Below, piece by piece: positions 1-8,989 of a DNA stretch of 44,054 nt; the stretch's first letter is position 1, and the number at the start of each line of letters is the position of its first letter. The notes below the pieces were generated by a model. It was not told the origin of the DNA. It made no database searches and worked only from the letters and a program-made list of their open reading frames with translations. The DNA is from a virus (taxonomy: Duplodnaviria; Caudoviricetes). The DNA lies in IMG/VR virus record IMGVR_UViG_3300048853_000116, positions 1-44,054 of that record. One strand, written 5' to 3'. The position numbers and the translations under genes are program-made.

Positions 1-27
1 CTTGTGTGATCCTGCAGAATCGCCGAT

Positions 28-140
28 GCCCCGCGTGCTGCTCATGTGACGGCGGGGTGGCATTGAGCAGTTTCATGCTGGCCGGGGACAAAGTTTGCCG
101 ACCGAGACCCCGGCGCGAGGGCAACCTCGCCCCCGCCACG
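28..140 (-). ncRNA. Candidate structured RNA (multi-stem junction plus pseudoknot) downstream of gene D
   Basis: Complementary pairs 51-57/131-137, 60-63/75-78, 81-87/108-114, 115-120/125-130 and 38-44/64-70. Confidence 0.4.
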
Positions 141-1181
141 TCATTCCTTCGCTTGCCCGCCCCCCTTCTCCAATGCGGTCACCTGGACGGTCGTGGTGTA
201 GCCGTCCTCGTCGAACACATCCTCGACCGCCTCGGCGCGCCAGAGGCCGGCGATGCCGTCGCGGAAGCCGACCGCCTGAACGAGCGCCTCGGCTTGAGCG
301 TCGGGCCGCCCGTAAAGTCTGAAGCTCCCGTTTCCCGTGCAGCTTGTGAGGCGCATGCCTTCCGCCTCGGCCGCGCGCATGGCGCGGTCCTGGTCGGGCA
401 GAGCTTCGGGCAGGATGTAGTCGGGGCCGTCGAGCCCCGTCTCATAGGCTTCGAACCGACGCTTGCCGGTCTTCTGATCCACCCAATGCGCCTTGACCTT
501 GCCGTAGGCGGTTCGCCCATCCGGCGCGATCTGCCAGGAAATGCACTCGTCCTTGCGGATGACGATCAGCGGAAGATCGAGCCCGGAGACCGTTTTCCGG
601 CTGCCCCGCTTTGCCACGACGAGCTTGTCTCCCGCCGGTTTGACCACGGCGCCGAACTCGTCGCCCAGCCGGGTCAGGAAGTCGATGTCGGACTGGTCGA
701 TACGCGGCTCGAATGCGATGCGGATGCCGTCGAGGTCGCGGTCCACCAGAGCGGTCATGCCCTGCCCGCGGGCGATGTCGCGGGCCACCTCGCCCAAGGT
801 CGTGTTTTCGTAGGCTTTGCGGCCGCTGCCCTTCAGCTTGCGCCGCAGGTCGGCCGCCTTGCCCTGGAGGATAAGGCGCTCACCGTCGTCGCCACCCTCG
901 AATTCGACGTTCTGGAGTTCATAGGTCCCGCGATCGACCAGGCCGGTCTCGCGGAACCCGAGCGAGATCTCGATCCGCGCTTTCTCGCGGGGCACAGCGA
1001 GTTCGTTCCGCGCGTCATCGAGAACGATCGTGCACATGTCCGAGGATTGGCCGGCCTCGTCCCTGATCGTCGCGCTGATCAGGCGCGAGTAGAAGATGCC
1101 GGCGACCTCCTTCCCGTCGACCTTGATCTCGATCTCCGGTGTCCAGCCGCGGGCGTTGGGATCGAATGGGGCGGCCGCCAT
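141..1181 (-). CDS. Baseplate hub / late control protein (P2 gpD, Mu gp44-like)
   Basis: RLISATIRDEAGQSSD, QSDIDFLTRL motifs; ATG at 1181 overlaps the tail X stop. Confidence 0.9.
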   Translation of the reverse strand: MAAAPFDPNARGWTPEIEIKVDGKEVAGIFYSRLISATIRDEAGQSSDMCTIVLDDARNELAVPREKARIEISLGFRETGLVDRGTYELQNVEFEGGDDGERLILQGKAADLRRKLKGSGRKAYENTTLGEVARDIARGQGMTALVDRDLDGIRIAFEPRIDQSDIDFLTRLGDEFGAVVKPAGDKLVVAKRGSRKTVSGLDLPLIVIRKDECISWQIAPDGRTAYGKVKAHWVDQKTGKRRFEAYETGLDGPDYILPEALPDQDRAMRAAEAEGMRLTSCTGNGSFRLYGRPDAQAEALVQAVGFRDGIAGLWRAEAVEDVFDEDGYTTTVQVTALEKGGGQAKE

Positions 1182-1399
1182 CAGTCCCACAACCTCCGGA
1201 CGGTGCGCCGCGGTGTCCGCGGCTGCCGATCGGGCACGACGATTTCGCGCCCGAGCGGCAGGATCGCTCCGGCCGACGCCAGACCGCGGTTCAACGCGAG
1301 GGTCTGCTCGACGAGACTCGCGTCGGGGCTCCCTGTCGCTTCCCAGACCACGCGATCGAGGGTCAGCCCCACCTTCGAGATCCGCACCCGCTGCGGCAT
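1181..1399 (-). CDS. Phage tail protein X (LysM-like)
   Basis: 72 aa, TLDRVVW...LALNRGLA...LPLGREIVVP, RLWD end; lies between U and D. Confidence 0.9.
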   Translation of the reverse strand: MPQRVRISKVGLTLDRVVWEATGSPDASLVEQTLALNRGLASAGAILPLGREIVVPDRQPRTPRRTVRRLWD

Positions 1400-1821
1400 C
1401 AGAACAGCCCTCCGAAGATGCCATCGTCGCCGAATGGCGCGACCACCACATGGAACGAGATCTTCCGGCCCACGCCGCTCGTGCCGAGGTATTCGTGCGT
1501 CGCACCGACTTCGAGGAGCACCACCGGCCCGAACACACGGGCATAGCCCGATGCCGAACCCCAGCCGATCATGTCCACAGGCTCCGGCTGCCGCTGAGTT
1601 TGCTTCAGGGCGAGGTAGTCTTCGAACCCGCCGAATTCCTCATTGAAGATCAGCCCCTCAACGCGCAGGCTGTCTTCTCCGCGGCCGGTGTATTGCCGCG
1701 CTGGAGCCCGGCCGAACCTGCTGACCGCCGGCCATTTGGCGCGGGTCACCTCGTCGAGTTGCTGGAGCGAGAGCGGCAGGATCTCGAAGACATGCGGTCC
1801 GAGTGCGAGGATGGGTGTCAT
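1399..1821 (-). CDS. P2 gpU-like tail tube initiator
   Basis: LALGPHVF, WPAVSRFGRAPARQYTG motifs; follows the tape measure gene. Confidence 0.88.
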   Translation of the reverse strand: MTPILALGPHVFEILPLSLQQLDEVTRAKWPAVSRFGRAPARQYTGRGEDSLRVEGLIFNEEFGGFEDYLALKQTQRQPEPVDMIGWGSASGYARVFGPVVLLEVGATHEYLGTSGVGRKISFHVVVAPFGDDGIFGGLF

Positions 1822-1825
1822 CGGA

Positions 1826-4138
1826 TCACCTCGGCGTCACGCCGTCGTGCAGCGCCCCCGAGAGCCGCGGCGCCGCTGGCGCCTTGCTCGTCGGCGCTGT
1901 TCCGCCCGCCTTCGCTGCCGCGGCGCGCACGCTGGCGGCGACACTCTCGGCCGCGGCGACGGCCGCCGCACCGCCATTGCGAATGCCGGCGGCGAGGCTG
2001 TCCATGATCGCCTGGCCCTGCGCTGTCAGGTCGATGCCGGACAACGCGGTCTTGATGCCTTCGCCAGCGATCCGCGCGCTGTTCTGGGCATCCTGTCCGC
2101 CTTGCGCGATTGACGCGGAGAACCTCTGCATGATGGTTGAGCCAAAATCGCTGCCATCGAGCCCGAGCCAGGTCCGCACGTCCGTTTGTGGCCCGGCAGC
2201 ACCGGCAACAGGCCCCTGGAGGCCGAACGAAAGGCTGGCGGGTCCAATGGCCTGGGAAGGCCCGCGCTGATTGACGGTCAGCCCTCTCACTCGCTGTTGC
2301 TGCCCCTCGACGCCCGCGAGCCGGAGATTCGTTTCGTCACGGGCGGCGAGCAGGGCGTCGAAGTCCTGGAGCTCTCGCCTCGCCTGGGCGATCTGCGCCT
2401 CGGCGCGCTTCACCCGGTCGCCGCCAAGCCCAAGCCTTGTCCAGATCGAGCTTTTCGCGTCCTGCGCATCGGTCTCGGCCTGCTGGACAGCACCCGCCAA
2501 TTGCGCGCGCTTCGACTCGATCGCGTTCCTTTCACGGAGCGGCTCGCGCGCCGCCTCGATCTCCGAGCGCGATTGGCTCAGGGGCTCGCCGTAAAAGATC
2601 GCGTTCATCCACCGGTTGAACTTCTTCTGACCCTCAGTCGCCGTGTAGTCCCCGCCTGTCTGCCGCTCGCCGGCGTCGTCTACCTCATCCGTGAACTTGA
2701 TGACGCGCTCGATCGCCGCATTGATACCGGGCAGCGTCCATCGTCCGAGGCGATCGCCGACCTCGGAGGCCAGCGTTTTCAGGCGTTCCAGATGACTTTC
2801 CGTGGTGGACAGCTCGATATTGAGGTTCTTTTGAGCCGAGCCACTCCAGTTGCCCGGATTGCTGAGAATCGCCAGGTTCTTTCGGATCTCGGGCAGTGCC
2901 TGGCCTGCGCGAGCGATCTCGTCCCACCACTCCTGGCCGAAGATCTTGATGGCCGCAGACGCCTTCTCGGGCGAGCGCTCCAGACGCTCCAGAAGGTTGA
3001 CCATCGTCGCCAGGGAGTCGGTCTTCATGCCGGCTTCGACCTGCTTGGCCGAAAGTCCGATCATTTGCAGTCCCTGGGCGACCGTCTTCTTATTCCCCGT
3101 CGCTGCGGTGCGGAGGGTCGATGCAAAGGCCGCGAAGCCACGGGCCGCCACCTGCGGGTCCATGGCGATATTGTTCATTGCGGTGAGGAAAGCGAGAGAA
3201 GCATCGAAGTCGACGTTGGCCGCCTTTGCCGCAGCGCCCGCTCGCTGGAACATGTCGACGACGTCCATCTCCTTGGCTGCGCCGGCATCGGAGAGAGCGT
3301 TGACCTTGTCGACGAATTGCTCCAGCTGCGGGTTCGCCCATTGCGTCGCCGCACGGATCTTCGCGAGTGACGCCGATGCTTGATCCGCGGCCGTATCCCA
3401 CGCTGTTGCGGCAGCGAGGGTGATCCGCAGGAAATCCGGCATTTGCTCCTTTGTGATGCCACCAGCGCCGGCTTCGGCCACCAGTTTGGCGACTTCCTCG
3501 CGAGGACGGCCGTATTGTACTGCTGACTGCCTGATCAGCTTTTCGACCCGAGCGAGTTCAGCCGGGTCGTCGACGCCATCGACCTTCTTCCTGACATCGG
3601 CCATTGCGGCCTCGAACGAGACCGAACTTCCAACCGTGCCCCGCACCGCCGCGCGCGCGGCGTAAACGCCTCCGACGGTAGCGAGCGCTCCTCGGCCGGC
3701 GGCAAGGACCCCGTCGCGGTTTGCTCCGTTCGTTGGCTCTTGCTCGGCCCGCGCTCGCCTGCGAGCATCGGCGAGCTGACCTCCGAGCAGGGTGCGAAGC
3801 CTGTTCAGATCGCGGGCTCGGCGCGCCAGCTGCTCGATCTCACGGCGCGCACGCCGGGCTTCGTCGCCGGTCGATCGAAGATCGCGACCGAGGCGCTCCG
3901 CGCCATTGCCGCCGGCGAGTCGCCGGTCCGCTGCAGCCGTCTGCGCGAGCGCTCTGTGTGCTAGCGTCGCCTCCTTGGCTGTCCGCGCCAGATCTCGCCG
4001 CAGTTCGTCGCTTCCACGCGTCCGGCCGAGCTTTCCGACTTCCTTTTCGACGGCCTGCAGATCCTTCGCAGCTGCCTTGGCCGGCGCCGAGAGGCGATTG
4101 ACGAGATCGAGGAAGAGCTTGACCCGCAGATCGGCCAT
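1826..4138 (-). CDS. Tail tape measure protein
   Basis: 770 aa Ala-rich helical protein with FEAAMADVRK core; follows the tail chaperones. Confidence 0.93.
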   Translation of the reverse strand: MADLRVKLFLDLVNRLSAPAKAAAKDLQAVEKEVGKLGRTRGSDELRRDLARTAKEATLAHRALAQTAAADRRLAGGNGAERLGRDLRSTGDEARRARREIEQLARRARDLNRLRTLLGGQLADARRRARAEQEPTNGANRDGVLAAGRGALATVGGVYAARAAVRGTVGSSVSFEAAMADVRKKVDGVDDPAELARVEKLIRQSAVQYGRPREEVAKLVAEAGAGGITKEQMPDFLRITLAAATAWDTAADQASASLAKIRAATQWANPQLEQFVDKVNALSDAGAAKEMDVVDMFQRAGAAAKAANVDFDASLAFLTAMNNIAMDPQVAARGFAAFASTLRTAATGNKKTVAQGLQMIGLSAKQVEAGMKTDSLATMVNLLERLERSPEKASAAIKIFGQEWWDEIARAGQALPEIRKNLAILSNPGNWSGSAQKNLNIELSTTESHLERLKTLASEVGDRLGRWTLPGINAAIERVIKFTDEVDDAGERQTGGDYTATEGQKKFNRWMNAIFYGEPLSQSRSEIEAAREPLRERNAIESKRAQLAGAVQQAETDAQDAKSSIWTRLGLGGDRVKRAEAQIAQARRELQDFDALLAARDETNLRLAGVEGQQQRVRGLTVNQRGPSQAIGPASLSFGLQGPVAGAAGPQTDVRTWLGLDGSDFGSTIMQRFSASIAQGGQDAQNSARIAGEGIKTALSGIDLTAQGQAIMDSLAAGIRNGGAAAVAAAESVAASVRAAAAKAGGTAPTSKAPAAPRLSGALHDGVTPR

Positions 4139-4359
4139 CAGTCGTCACCCAGGGCCAAGACGGCCGCCTGTTCGTGCCACAAGAAGATCTCCGGCACGGG
4201 CATGGCCAAGACGTCGGGTAGCGGCGTCGAAAGGACGTGAGCGACCTCAGCGACGAACGTGGGAAAACGAATCAGTCCTGCTGGTCGAGCGCGGCCGTTG
4301 CGCCCGCCACCAGGTCGTCGGGATCCGGGGCGACGCGCAGCGGCCGGGGCAAGAAAGGG
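4138..4359 (-). CDS. Tail chaperone extension (gpE'-like), probably reached by -1 frameshift
   Basis: -1 frame encodes FVAEVAHVLSTPLPDVLAMPVPEIFLWHEQA; slippery C CCT TTC at 4359-4353. Confidence 0.65.
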   Translation of the reverse strand, partial: PFLAPAAARRPGSRRPGGGRNGRARPAGLIRFPTFVAEVAHVLSTPLPDVLAMPVPEIFLWHEQAAVLALGDD

Positions 4360-4712
4360 CGGCATGAGGCTACCACTCGTGCATGATCGTCGGCATGGAG
4401 GGCGTCGAGCACGTCCGGATGGACGCCGCACATGGTCGCCCGAACCAGGCGCACGAGCCGGTCTTCGTCACCATCGGCCTGCATGACGAGGTCCACGAAG
4501 GCGCGCCCCGTGAGCGCCTTGACCGTCAGGGTGTCGAGCCGGGCATCATCCACCAACAAAGGATGGTCGAGGGAAAGCGTTGCGGACCACCGGTCGGGGT
4601 CGGCCGGCCGCACAATGGGACGCTGTGTGGCGACCGGCTCGGCTTTCACGGTCGGCGCGCCCGGTCCGGCAGCGATGGGCTCGAGTTCGGGATCGTGAGG
4701 AAAAGCGCTCAT
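4272..4712 (-). CDS. Tail assembly chaperone (P2 gpE / Mu gp41-like)
   Basis: Between tube and tape measure; LDHPLLVD, LDALHADD motifs. Confidence 0.85.
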   Translation of the reverse strand: MSAFPHDPELEPIAAGPGAPTVKAEPVATQRPIVRPADPDRWSATLSLDHPLLVDDARLDTLTVKALTGRAFVDLVMQADGDEDRLVRLVRATMCGVHPDVLDALHADDHARVVASCRPFLPRPLRVAPDPDDLVAGATAALDQQD

Positions 4713-4713
4713 C

Positions 4714-5244
4714 TCACGTCGACAGCCCGATTGCCTGTGCGATCTCCACGCGCTGCCCCTCGCGATCGAGCCAGCCGCCGAGACGCAGATCGAAGCGGCA
4801 GATCTCGATGCCGCCGATCCGCAGCGAATACTTCAGGATCGACTTCACCGTGTAGCCGGTCCCAGCGAGCGCGTTGGCCTGGTGTTCGTCCAGCTCGGCG
4901 TTCAGGCGGCCGAGCACGGTGGCTTCGACCTGGGTGACACGGGAGCCGGGGTCGTTGGCATACTCGTCGACCAACGCGCCATAGAGCGTGTACTTGCCGC
5001 GGCGGCCGAAACCTCGATTGGTCTGCGCCAGCAGCTCTGGCTGAACGCCCTTCGTCTTGAAGCTCAGCTCCAGGGCCTCGCTGGAGACGGCTATCTCGAT
5101 CGAGCCGTTGGCGGCCGCCGGGGCAAATGTTTCGGCTCCGTCCTGTTGCATCGGCAGCTTGGCGCTTTCCAGCGCGAGCCCGGTGTTGACCCCCTCCGCG
5201 AAGATGTTGATCCCGCGGACAAGGAGAAGCGGAATGGCCGGCAT
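4714..5244 (-). CDS. Tail tube protein (P2 FII-like)
   Basis: 176 aa directly after the sheath gene; FII-like size and C-terminus. Confidence 0.85.
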   Translation of the reverse strand: MPAIPLLLVRGINIFAEGVNTGLALESAKLPMQQDGAETFAPAAANGSIEIAVSSEALELSFKTKGVQPELLAQTNRGFGRRGKYTLYGALVDEYANDPGSRVTQVEATVLGRLNAELDEHQANALAGTGYTVKSILKYSLRIGGIEICRFDLRLGGWLDREGQRVEIAQAIGLST

Positions 5245-5268
5245 GGTGTGACCTCCGTGAAGGGACGC

Positions 5269-6543
5269 TCAAGCGCCGGTCAGGCTGGTGTTGATGCCGT
5301 AGGTCAAGGCGATGGTGCTCGCGTTGATCTGCTCCACGGCGCGGACGATGCCATCGGCCACCTGGTCGTAGTAGCCGACGTTCCGGCGCGCCCCGAACTG
5401 CAGATCCTGCAGGGGCGCGTAGGGCTCGCGGTCGTATTCGAGCCGCAGAATGCCCGACACCAAGTTGCTGTTCGGGTTCAGCGGCCGCTCGAACCAGCAC
5501 CGGCCGTTGATGATCTGCCCCTTGGCGGATGCCTCGGCGAGGAACTCGTCGAGGCTCTGAATGATCGCCGAGGCGAGCGGCACGGAAATGTTCGAGGCGA
5601 TCGCCCAACGAAAGGCTTTCACGACCGCGCCGTCGATCATGTCGTTGGTGCGCACGACATTGACGAAGCGCTCCAGCGGGTCGGCGGCACAGGTCTCGTT
5701 GCCCCAGAGGATGCCGTTCTCGATGATGGTGGCGATTCGGTTCTGGTTGAGTAGGTTCGCTTCCGAGTCCGGCTCGCCGTCGTAATAGCTGACAGGACGG
5801 GACGTCCCGACGATGCCACCCATCGCCTGATTGGACGGGCTCATATGCGGGCCGCCCACGTTCTTGTCGCGGCGCACGAAAAGGCCTGCTACCCGGCCGG
5901 AGGCCGGCTGGAAGACCGGTTTGCCATCCGCGCCCGTCACGAGCACGCCCGGCGAGACGAGGTAGGCGCGAGCGTCGTCGGCGAAGTCCTCACGATATTC
6001 GAGCGCCGCGTCCCGCGTCGTTGCCGGCGCATCGCCGATCTTGATCCCACGCAGGCGGCGCGCAACGGAATCGAGCTCGGCCATGACCGGGTTTTTGCCG
6101 TTCCCGATGCGCTGCGACGTATAGCCCGGCGCAATCAGGAGCTTGGCGCGCCGGCTCGCCTGCAGGAAGGCGTGGACGCCGGTGCTGGCGGCCGCCGCGC
6201 CGACGATGTTCGCCATCGTCGCTTCGAGCTTCTCCTGGTCGGTGGCTCCCGTCCCCTCGGGCACGCGGACGGCGACGATCTCGGCCGCGACGAATTCCTC
6301 GTCGGTCTGATCGTTGATCGCGTCGAAGACGGCGTCCACGTTGCCGCCGGTCCCGAGCGCCGTGATCTTGTCCTTCTCATTGCTGAACAGCACGACGGGC
6401 TCGTTTTCCGGCCAGACATCCGGATCGGCATTCGGCGCCACGATAACGGCGCCGATCGTCGAATAGTCCTCGACCGCGATCGGCCGCGGCTCGTCGCCCG
6501 CTTTGAAGACGCGCGTGCCATGGAAATATTCGGTGGTCGCCAT
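5269..6543 (-). CDS. Contractile tail sheath protein (P2 FI-like)
   Basis: YFHGTRV start; LLIAPGY, SPSNQ, LWGNET, FVNVVRT motifs. Confidence 0.95.
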   Translation of the reverse strand: MATTEYFHGTRVFKAGDEPRPIAVEDYSTIGAVIVAPNADPDVWPENEPVVLFSNEKDKITALGTGGNVDAVFDAINDQTDEEFVAAEIVAVRVPEGTGATDQEKLEATMANIVGAAAASTGVHAFLQASRRAKLLIAPGYTSQRIGNGKNPVMAELDSVARRLRGIKIGDAPATTRDAALEYREDFADDARAYLVSPGVLVTGADGKPVFQPASGRVAGLFVRRDKNVGGPHMSPSNQAMGGIVGTSRPVSYYDGEPDSEANLLNQNRIATIIENGILWGNETCAADPLERFVNVVRTNDMIDGAVVKAFRWAIASNISVPLASAIIQSLDEFLAEASAKGQIINGRCWFERPLNPNSNLVSGILRLEYDREPYAPLQDLQFGARRNVGYYDQVADGIVRAVEQINASTIALTYGINTSLTGA

Positions 6544-6635
6544 ATTCGGCAGCTCCCTTCAAAGGCTGTTCAAAGGCGCCTTGACCCGAGATCAATCGGG
6601 TCGCAGGCTAAGGGAGCGAGACCGCCGCAACACCG

Positions 6636-6649
6636 GATGCGCGTGCATC
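6636..6649. promoter_or_regulatory. Dyad GATGCGCGTGCATC, candidate late-activator site upstream of sheath
   Basis: 13/14 identical to the palindrome at 19139-19152. Confidence 0.55.
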
Positions 6650-6661
6650 TCCAGCGATCGG

Positions 6662-7285
6662 TTAGAGCGCCGCGGCATCCCGGAAGAACTGGTCGACCTT
6701 CGCGTCATCCCATGACAGCTTGGCCGCGATGGCGTTGGTGAGCGGGTGCGCGCGCAGAAACTCCGCGGCGCCCATCAGCAACGCCTTCGCGTCGAACTGT
6801 TCATCGGGTGGCAGCGTCAAGACGATCGCGCTCAATGTCGGTGGCAAGGCACCGGAGAGCGCAGCGAGCGCATCATCCTCGGAGATCATCGCGTAAAGGG
6901 GTTTGGCCAGGCATTGGTAGAACTGGCGTCGCGAGATCGACGGCGGCACCGGAGGCGGTGCATCCGTGAAGCTGCCGTTGCTCGTGTTCAGGATCTTACC
7001 TGCATAGAGGCTGAGCTGTGACACGTCGGCATCGGCGATCTCATAGACGCGTTCTCCGTCCATGGGGAAAAACGCATCGGGGCCGACGCCGACGAAGGTG
7101 ACACGGTTGTCGTCGTCGACGCTCACCAGCAGAGCGCCGACCGTGCGTTCCGCCTTGGTGAGATAGAAATCCCTGCCACGCTCGTCGCGGCGGAAGACCG
7201 CCCCGGCTTTGAGAGCGGGGCCGAGCTGCTCGTCGTCCGGCGCGGGTTGATACGCCGTGAACCGGCCGAGATAGGTGATGGTCAT
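6662..7285 (-). CDS. Putative tail fibre assembly / chaperone protein
   Basis: ATG at 7285 overlaps the fibre stop; PPSISRRQF...VDQFFRDAAAL C-terminus typical of fibre-associated proteins. Confidence 0.7.
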   Translation of the reverse strand: MTITYLGRFTAYQPAPDDEQLGPALKAGAVFRRDERGRDFYLTKAERTVGALLVSVDDDNRVTFVGVGPDAFFPMDGERVYEIADADVSQLSLYAGKILNTSNGSFTDAPPPVPPSISRRQFYQCLAKPLYAMISEDDALAALSGALPPTLSAIVLTLPPDEQFDAKALLMGAAEFLRAHPLTNAIAAKLSWDDAKVDQFFRDAAAL

Positions 7286-8799
7286 TAGACCTGCCCGATC
7301 GTGTACCAGTTGCCGCCCACGCTCTTCTGGAGAGAGCGGAAGGCAAAGGTGGTGGCGTAAGCGTTCTGATGATTGATGCCGGTCACCACGCAGCCCCAGT
7401 CGGCCTGCTGCATGGCTCCGAACGATTGCCGCTCGGCGTAGCCCGAAAGACGAACGTCCTGGACCAGATTGGACCAAGCATAGTTCTGCGCCGCATCCCG
7501 CGCAGAGTTAGCGATGCCCCACACATAATCGCTCAGCCAGCCAAAGCGCGACAGCCAAATGTTGCCATCGGCCTGGATGACGAAGGTGGCAGCCCCATTA
7601 TTGGCGACGTAACACTTGCCGTCCGAGTCCCAATAAAGGCCGGTATCTTGGGAGCCATCTTGGACGAACCTGAACGCCCGCGCGATGATGTCCCCGGCGA
7701 TCGTCTGATGACCGCTGTTGCTGAGCTTCGTGGCGAGGGTCTGATTGATCGAGGCGATCGCCTGGTTGATCGCCGCGACGGCCGCGTCGAGCTGTTGCTT
7801 CGGGATCGCGTGGAGATTTCCCGCAGCGTTCCCCGGCAAGGTGAGTGGGCCGGACATGACATCTCCGCCCTTCGCTACCTTCCCGCCGAGGGCGGCGGCC
7901 ATGGTGGTGGCGAAATTCGGATCGTTTCCGAGCGCCGCCGCCAGCTCGTTGAGGGCGTTCAGCGTGTCCGGCGCGCCGCCGACGAGGCTCCTGAACAGAT
8001 TATCGATCTCGGCTTTCGTGTAGCGGCTCGCGAGAGCTTCCACCAAGCCGGGGACGTCGTCTTGAGTCAGCTCGATTACGCCTGTGCGGCCGTTGACGGA
8101 CGAAACCGGCCCGCCCTGAATCAGGATTGCGGCGGCCTTCGCCGCGTCGGCCGCCTCGACGGCCGTCTTCTTGGCGGCGATCGCCGCGTCCCGAATTGTG
8201 CTCGTCTCCTGGATCGTCGCGGTCTTGAGCGCCTGGACATCGGCCTTGAGCTGGATCGCCGCATCTCGGGCTGATCGCGTATTCGCCAGCAGCGCGATTG
8301 CCGCCGTGACGGTGCCGGCCGAGGCCGTGATCTCCCAGTCGTCATGGGTACGGGGCGAGACGTTCGAAGCCACGATCGTCACGACCAGATCGCCGCTCGG
8401 GCTGTCGTAGCTCTCGACCTTGCCGATTGCCCAATCGTCGGGTGTCGAGCTGCGCGTGATCGTGACGAACTGCGTCGGAGTGAACAGGTTGCGTTGTTCA
8501 CCGTCCGTGATCCGGAACGTCAGCCGCTGGCCGATCTGCACGCCGATCGCCGAGGCGCTCTGAGCAATGAGGAAGCCGAGCGCGCTGAGGGCGGCGAGCC
8601 GTTGGAAGGCGGGCAGCAAGGCCTCGTTAATGCGAGCCAGGCCGAATTGCCGCAGCTCGTCGACCGCGGTCTGCCATTGAGGCTGGACTGAACCGAGTGC
8701 GCGCAGCTGGCCGACAATCCACTGGAAGGCCTTGTCGAGCCTCTCCTTGGTAAAGTCCTCGTCGGCTGGAATGTCGAGTTCAGTTGGCAGCTCGCTCAT
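7285..8799 (-). CDS. Tail fibre protein
   Basis: VSSVNGRTG and LVGGAPDTLNALNELAAALGNDPNFATT (P2 gpH-type) motifs. Confidence 0.88.
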   Translation of the reverse strand: MSELPTELDIPADEDFTKERLDKAFQWIVGQLRALGSVQPQWQTAVDELRQFGLARINEALLPAFQRLAALSALGFLIAQSASAIGVQIGQRLTFRITDGEQRNLFTPTQFVTITRSSTPDDWAIGKVESYDSPSGDLVVTIVASNVSPRTHDDWEITASAGTVTAAIALLANTRSARDAAIQLKADVQALKTATIQETSTIRDAAIAAKKTAVEAADAAKAAAILIQGGPVSSVNGRTGVIELTQDDVPGLVEALASRYTKAEIDNLFRSLVGGAPDTLNALNELAAALGNDPNFATTMAAALGGKVAKGGDVMSGPLTLPGNAAGNLHAIPKQQLDAAVAAINQAIASINQTLATKLSNSGHQTIAGDIIARAFRFVQDGSQDTGLYWDSDGKCYVANNGAATFVIQADGNIWLSRFGWLSDYVWGIANSARDAAQNYAWSNLVQDVRLSGYAERQSFGAMQQADWGCVVTGINHQNAYATTFAFRSLQKSVGGNWYTIGQV

Positions 8800-8974
8800 C
8801 GATCGCCTCGCTGACGGCCTCCTTGATCGCTTCCACCAGGGCGCCGTCCATGATGTGCCGCTCGCTGGGACGGAAGGTGATGCCGCGCCATTTCACGGCG
8901 CGGGCGAGTTTCACCCGATAGGTTTTGCCGGCCTCGTAGGTTGGCTCGGCCTGATTTTGAGCCTTGGTCGCCAT
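8780..8974 (-). CDS. Small hypothetical tail-region protein
   Basis: 64 aa ORF with GGAG RBS filling the gap between two tail genes. Confidence 0.65.
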   Translation of the reverse strand: MATKAQNQAEPTYEAGKTYRVKLARAVKWRGITFRPSERHIMDGALVEAIKEAVSEAIDERAAN

Positions 8975-8989
8975 GGATCGGTCTCCGCG

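Noticed and set aside
11-15. CCTGC matching the predicted target duplication at 43591-43595
   Set aside because: Not followed by TG and no terminal repeats nearby; a 5-mer match is expected by chance
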